From Auanema rhodensis (Eukaryota > Animalia > Nematoda), in the NCBI GenBank assembly GCA_964057225.1, contig OZ059899.1:11408001-11472000 (forward strand): DNA of 64,000 nucleotides. The letters run 5' to 3'. The position numbers and the translations under genes were made by a program. The notes beneath the pieces are model-generated. The model ran no database searches. It saw only the letters and a program-made list of their open reading frames with translations, and was not told where the DNA came from. Shown here one piece after another: positions 58,793-64,000 of the stretch (positions within the stretch are counted from its first letter, which is position 1; each line of letters starts with the position of its first letter).

Positions 58793-59446
58793 TACGCATC
58801 TCTTTGTTGAATAGTGATATAAGAGATGAACAACAGATTATAAATAAGTTTGAAATGAACAACGGTATTTTAATTTTTCCTGGTTTTTAAAAAAATTTGT
58901 TTAGAAATCTTAGATGATCCAAGATTAAGAAAATAATAAAAGATTATTCTAAGAAGAATTGAAAGAATGGAACACATTATTGACAAATCAAGAACGCCCA
59001 GTAAAATTAGAATACGTGAAGTTATATTAGAATGCCTAAATATCAAAATGCAACACAAGAAGAAGATTTTCAAGCTTTCGCTCCAAGACCACAAAACCCT
59101 TCAAAACAAGCATCTAAAATAATGATAAAATAAGTGAAAACAATCTCTCTAAAGTTTTGTTTTACGTGATTTTCCATTTCTAAATGTAATTTTCTATGGT
59201 TATGCATCTTTATATTTTTTGTGATATACCTATTATTTTATTGTACTAAACATCCATCTTTGGCATCTTTGGCATTTTCTAATATCTTAATCTTGCCTAA
59301 CTTGCCTTTCAATAATGACATTCCCTATATAAGTTGTAATCTCCTATCTGTTCCTCTGTTGGAGGACATGCTTTTTTATTTTATTATTAATTGTTGATTC
59401 GACTTTTGTATGATAAACCTTTTTTTCACTCTTCCTTCCGTTTTCT

Positions 59447-59826
59447 AGTTGGCAATGTTGGTTGTCACGTCATATTTCATGCAGTTAGATTTTCAGACAC
59501 ATTAATACCTTTGACCATTCTTCTTATGAGTTTTGTAACGATAGATCGTAATAGGAAATGAATTGCTATAATATGAAAAAATACAAGACATAGTCAACAT
59601 TGATTTCCCCAAATAGTATCATGTTTGCTTGTTATTCAATAAGAACACTTATTTTTTGATTGTTTTCTCGAAATATTCTTTTTTTTCTTTAACAAAGTTA
59701 TGACTGAGATCGAAATTCGAACATACTTTTGAACAATTAAACAGAAATTCAAAAAATATTTGCCGCCAGCAGGGGTCGAACCTGCGACCTTGGGCTTATT
59801 AGACTCACGCTCTAACCGACTGAGCT
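59447..59826 (-). repeat. Diverged partial tRNA-Ile array unit with 5'-truncated tRNA pseudogene (59761-59826)
   Basis: Unit sequence with several substitutions; tRNA lacks the 5' acceptor strand. Confidence 0.9.
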
Positions 59827-60029
59827 TGGACTATGTATCCAACAGTTATTTATTATGAGAGTATTATCAGGGTTGATCTTCGCAGATTTGAGTTTAAAAG
59901 GTTTATTAAATAAAGATGGTACAGTGGTAGAAAAGTTAGATTAGAAAGTGAAGGTTTCTTGGGCTTTATATATTATTTAGCTTGAGGGTGATATTTGATA
60001 TTTGAATACAAAGGTCACGTTAATGTAAA

Positions 60030-60584
60030 CTATAGAGGTGATAAAGAAAACATCCAGCGTTCCTTAAACAGATTTTGGTCTGTCGTCCCCCTAGTTCCAA
60101 TGTCTGCGGGATTATGGTCGGTATCAACATAGTGGAAGTGTAGTGAAGCTTTTTGAGCTTCCAACCTTATTCCTATTTCTTCAATGTGTTGTCGCATATT
60201 ACTAATAAAAACGGGGACACTTTTTTTCTTTATAAGCCAAGATAGAGCTATTTGGCTATTAGCATTTTTATGATATGGTAGCGTAGTAGTGTGTTTAATT
60301 CCAAATTGCTTACACATAGCTTGAAATTCAGATGACAAAAAGCTACTACCATTATCGGTTATCATACTCATTGGTGGTCCATATATGAAAACAAATCTAA
60401 TTACAAACGCTTTTGTGATTTCAGTAGCCGTTTGTGTTATTAATGGGCAAGTTGTTCCCCATTTACTAAAAGCGTCTTGAATACTCAAGATGTATCGATG
60501 TCCATCATTAGTGCGAGGTAAAGGACCTAGTATATCTACATGAATACGATCAAATGGCTTTTCGGGTATAACAAATCTTCCCAT
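60030..60584 (-). pseudogene. Chimeric fragment: Gypsy integrase core fused to BEL/Pao RNaseH C-terminal half
   Basis: PFDRIHVDILGP...ITDNGSSF...PYHKNANSQI then ALSW...HYVDTDHNPADIGTRG. Confidence 0.8.
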
Positions 60585-60656
60585 AGGTTGTTAATGAGAT
60601 CAAAATTCGAAAAGAACAGTAGAGAGCCGTGCAAAATTTACTAACCACGCCCCCAA

Positions 60657-60770
60657 ACAGCTGTAAAAACATACTTTTGGGGGCGTCAGCTGCTAAAAAC
60701 ATACTTTTGGGGCGCGTCAGCTGTCAAAAACATATTTTTGAGCGTCAGCTGTTAAAATCATATTTTGGGA
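60657..60770. repeat. ~30-bp degenerate tandem repeat x4 (GTCAGCTGctAAAAACATAcTTTTGGGGC-like)
   Basis: CAGCTG at ~30-bp intervals, each followed by an A-run and CATAYTTTT. Confidence 0.8.
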
Positions 60771-60879
60771 TCATGGTTCATGGATTTTCCTTTTTTAAAC
60801 TTAAAAATCATGATTTAAAGCATGATTTAAATTTTTTTTTAAAATCAAATTTAAATATGCTTTTTTAAATGTATATATA

Positions 60880-62288
60880 CAGTCCTGTGCGAAATAGTTG
60901 GGACACCCTCAACTAAAAGACCCCAGAAACCCACTTCAAACTACAAAAAAAAATTTCAAAAAATTAATTTAGGTTTCAGGATCAAGTATCAAGATATTGA
61001 TTGAAAATAGACTTCAAAATGATGAAAATTGAATTTTTAAAAAATAATTTAAGTTTAAAATTGAATTTTATGTTGATTTCATTGTTTTGCATAATTAAAA
61101 ATAAAAATTCATAATTTAAGATGGTTAGAGGCAAGAAAACTACCCCTGAAGTCCAAAACATCGTTCTAAGCATGAAGAATAGAGGGTTCAGCGTACGGAA
61201 GATAAGTCAGCTTCTGACTTTGCCGAAGAGTACGGTTCAAAATATTTGGAAAGCTTCACAAGAACCATACCAAATGGAGACAAGAGGAAGAGGAAGAAAA
61301 ACAACAGTAGGACAAGATAATTTATTAATTAAACTCGTAGAGCGGCATCCGGATATCACGTCATCCGAGTTAAGCCAACATCTTCTAAGAATGTTCAGGA
61401 TTAGGCTTGATCCTTCGAATATTCGACGAAGATTGTTGGCGAGAAATCTAAGAGCTCGAGTTCCTGCACGAAAGCCTCTAATATCGGTTGGTAACAGGCA
61501 GAAGAGAATAGATTTTGCCCGAGAGCATTTAAACTGGACGTTTGAAGATTGGTCATCTGTAATATTCACAGATGAGAGCAAGTTCTGCCTGTTTGGAAAC
61601 GATGGACCAGGATTTGTAAGAAGACCTCCAAATCAACGCTTCAACCCTAAATACATGCTACCCACGGTGAAGCATGGTGGCGGCAACGTCATGGTTTGGG
61701 GCTGCTTTTGTGCTTCCGAAGTTGGCCCTCTTTTTCGTATAGAAGGCAGGATGTGTGCCGAAGATTACCAAAATATATTAGAAGAATGTTTCCTTCCGTA
61801 TGCTGTATCAAAATTTGGAACAAGAAATCGGTTCATTCTTCAACAAGATAATGATCCGAAGCACACTGCTCGTTCGACGACAAGGTTTCTGGAGGACAAT
61901 CGCCTGAACGTGCTGAAATGGCCTAGCCAATCTCCAGATCTCAACCCTATTGAGCATCTTTGGAGGGAACTTGGCCGACGTTCATCGCAATTCCCATGTT
62001 CGAACAAAGATGAGAAATTCAGAGTCCTACGAACACTCTGGAGAGAAATAACACCGACTCTTCTGAAGAAACTCGTCGAATCGATGCCCAGAAGACTTCA
62101 GGCAGTAATTGATAATTTTGGCTATCCTACTAAATATTAATAAACGTGTTAATTTCAATTTTTAATTTTATTTATTGATTCTATAGAGTTTTTGAATACT
62201 CATCATATTTTTTTTCGATTTTTTTGTAGTTTGTTTCGAAAGATATGAGGGATTCTAGTAAGTGTCCCAACTATTTCGCACAGGACTG
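60880..62288 (+). mobile_element. Intact Tc1/mariner DNA transposon
   Basis: Perfect 27-bp TIRs CAGTCCTGTGCGAAATAGTTGGGACAC (60880-60906 and 62262-62288), TA on both flanks. Confidence 0.96.
61121..62140 (+). CDS. Tc1-family transposase, DD34E
   Basis: N-terminal HTH region; FTDESKF, QQDNDPKH, SPDLNPIEHLW; 34 residues between second D and E. Confidence 0.95.
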   Translation: MVRGKKTTPEVQNIVLSMKNRGFSVRKISQLLTLPKSTVQNIWKASQEPYQMETRGRGRKTTVGQDNLLIKLVERHPDITSSELSQHLLRMFRIRLDPSNIRRRLLARNLRARVPARKPLISVGNRQKRIDFAREHLNWTFEDWSSVIFTDESKFCLFGNDGPGFVRRPPNQRFNPKYMLPTVKHGGGNVMVWGCFCASEVGPLFRIEGRMCAEDYQNILEECFLPYAVSKFGTRNRFILQQDNDPKHTARSTTRFLEDNRLNVLKWPSQSPDLNPIEHLWRELGRRSSQFPCSNKDEKFRVLRTLWREITPTLLKKLVESMPRRLQAVIDNFGYPTKY

Positions 62289-62599
62289 TATATATAATTA
62301 TATATTTTAAATTAATTTTTAAATATATTAAGTGAAAAAAAAATCTAAATTTTAAATATTTAAATTATATTTAAATTTTATATATAAACTAAATTTAAAT
62401 TTTAAATATATTAATTTGTTTTAAAATTCTATTTATTTCTTTATTCATTTATTAATTATGTTTGTTTACTTATTCTGTTTACTTATTTTGTTTATTATTT
62501 TATAATATTGTGTTTTTTTTTTACTGTTTTTATTTTTAAAGATCAATAAAATTTTTGCATATAGATAATTTTGTTCACCGTACTTGTTATGGGTAATTC

Positions 62600-62805
62600 A
62601 ATGGAACACATATCAAAGGTTAATTCGATAAGAACGATATGAAATACCAAAATTTAATGGAACACATATCGAAGGTTAATTCGATAAGAACGATATGAAA
62701 TACCAAAATTTAATGGAACACATATCGAAGGTTAATTCGATAAGAACGATATGAAATACCAAAATTTAATGGAACACATATCGAAGGTTAATTCGATAAG
62801 AACGA
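62600..62805. repeat. 56-bp minisatellite, ~3.7 copies
   Basis: AATGGAACACATATCGAAGGTTAATTCGATAAGAACGATATGAAATACCAAAATTT at 62600, 62656, 62712, 62768. Confidence 0.92.
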
Positions 62806-63082
62806 CATTAAATTATTAATTTTTGAAATTACAAATTGTTATTAATTATATTTATTCTAACAAGTAAAAGTTTCAAATTAAAACTAATATACTAATATAA
62901 CAATACAATAACTGGGGCTGGTATCGTTTCGCCCACCCCCCCCCCCCAATGAGGTTAGCATTAGAGCAACATGGGTTTTTTATACTGAAAAAAAACACTG
63001 AAACAATAAAAATAGTTTTTTAATCCAAATTGCATCAGTCATCACTATCTTTTTGAAGTAAGTAAAATAAAAATAGTATTTA

Positions 63083-64000
63083 ATGAATTTTTTTATAAAA
63101 TTAGGAATGAATTTTCTTACTGTAGCAGAACATGTAAAAAATGAGAGTTCAGCAGTAGCTTTCTTACAATCGTATGAAATCTTACCAACTGAAAAGGAAT
63201 GTTGTGAACGTTCTATGAAGTTTATGTCTTTTTCTAAAGGACACAGATTCCGATGTAACAAGTGTAAGAAAGATATAAGCATGAAAAAAGGGACTTCCTA
63301 GAAGGTAGTTGAAAATAAAAACAAAAAAGCTTGAAACTACTCTTAGGTTCTCATTTAACATATTCTAAAGTGATTATGTTCATCTATCTCTGGGCAAACG
63401 AACTGTTATCTTGGAAAAGTTGCCAGAAAGAACTCAAAATTGGAAGCAAGACCACGTTCACAGACTGGACCAATTTTATGAGAGAAGCCTGCACTTTCAA
63501 GCTTCTGAAGTGTTCGGAGAAGATTGGAGGACCAGGATTGACCGTTGAAATTGACGAAACCGTTGTTGCTAGAAGGAAGTACAACGTTGGTAGAGTAGTA
63601 GGTCCTATTTGGGTATTTGGGGGGATATGTAGAGAAACAAAAGCATGTTTTCTGTATACTGTAGAAAATAGGGGGGCTCGAATGTTTGAAGACTGCATCA
63701 AACATTCTATTGAAGAGGGTAGTATCATTATTTCGGATTGCTGGAGAAGCTATAATAATATCTCTAACTTAGGTCATACCCACTTGACTGTTACCCATGG
63801 TAATAATTTTGTAGATCCAACGACCGGGGCTAACACTAACATGGTTGAAGGTATGTGGTCTCAAGCGAAAAAAAAATTCAAAAAAATGAATGGGGTACCC
63901 AAAGATTTTATTGAGTCTCATCTCTGCGAGTTTATGTATCGCCAGAGAAATAAGAATTGTGACATATTTGATTGTATTTTAAAAGACATTGCTTTTTTAT
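63083..64000 (+). pseudogene. Merlin / IS1016 (ISXO2-like) DDE transposase with a 42-nt intron and a 1-nt frameshift; runs off the window
   Basis: Zn ribbon CC...CNKC; KIGGPGLTVEIDET, WVFGGICRET, IISDCWRSY, FVDPTTGANTNMVEGMWS, HLCEFMYR; intron GT..AG at 63305-63346. Confidence 0.88.

Larger units (their letters stand above)
54239..58793 (-). mobile_element. Inverted copy of the Gypsy element (partial PR, RT, RH, full IN)
   Basis: Reverse complement of 50295-53930 plus the retained integrase core. Confidence 0.9.

Noticed and set aside
58794-59446. AT-rich segment with a TATA-like CCCTATATAAG
   Set aside because: Possibly another element fragment, but no ORF, termini or repeat partner supports a call

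Overview
This is repeat-dense, AT-rich eukaryotic DNA, most likely from a nematode. That assignment is inferred from the tRNA sequence, a 42-nt intron and a BEL/Pao element with a phlebovirus-type env. No ordinary host protein-coding gene is recognisable. The backbone is a tandem array of ~666-bp units, each carrying one tRNA-Ile(AAT) gene: 31 full-length copies (29 on -, 2 on +) plus 4 partial ones. Mobile elements interrupt or follow the array. (1) 2996-10450: an internally deleted env-bearing BEL/Pao LTR element whose LTR encodes a zinc-knuckle ORF and whose 3' region holds a tRNA-like Pol III unit. (2) 27037-45981: a near-intact BEL/Pao endogenous virus as an LTR-sharing tandem dimer, with three 859-bp LTRs, two 2631-aa Gag-Pol-Env ORFs and one GTTTT TSD. 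(3) 49113-58793: a decayed Ty3/Gypsy-type element in inverted duplication, carrying a herpesvirus gB-like envelope upstream of protease, with the env TM segment in the same ORF as protease. (4) A Gypsy-IN/BEL-RNaseH chimera, an intact Tc1 (DD34E) and a Merlin/IS1016-type transposase. The most notable findings are the gB-env-before-pol architecture, a bipartite tRNA-Gly binding site seen in both BEL families that overlaps the gag start codons in one, and a hidden post-Gc domain cut off by a 13-bp duplication. All family calls rest on motif recognition by eye; no searches were run.
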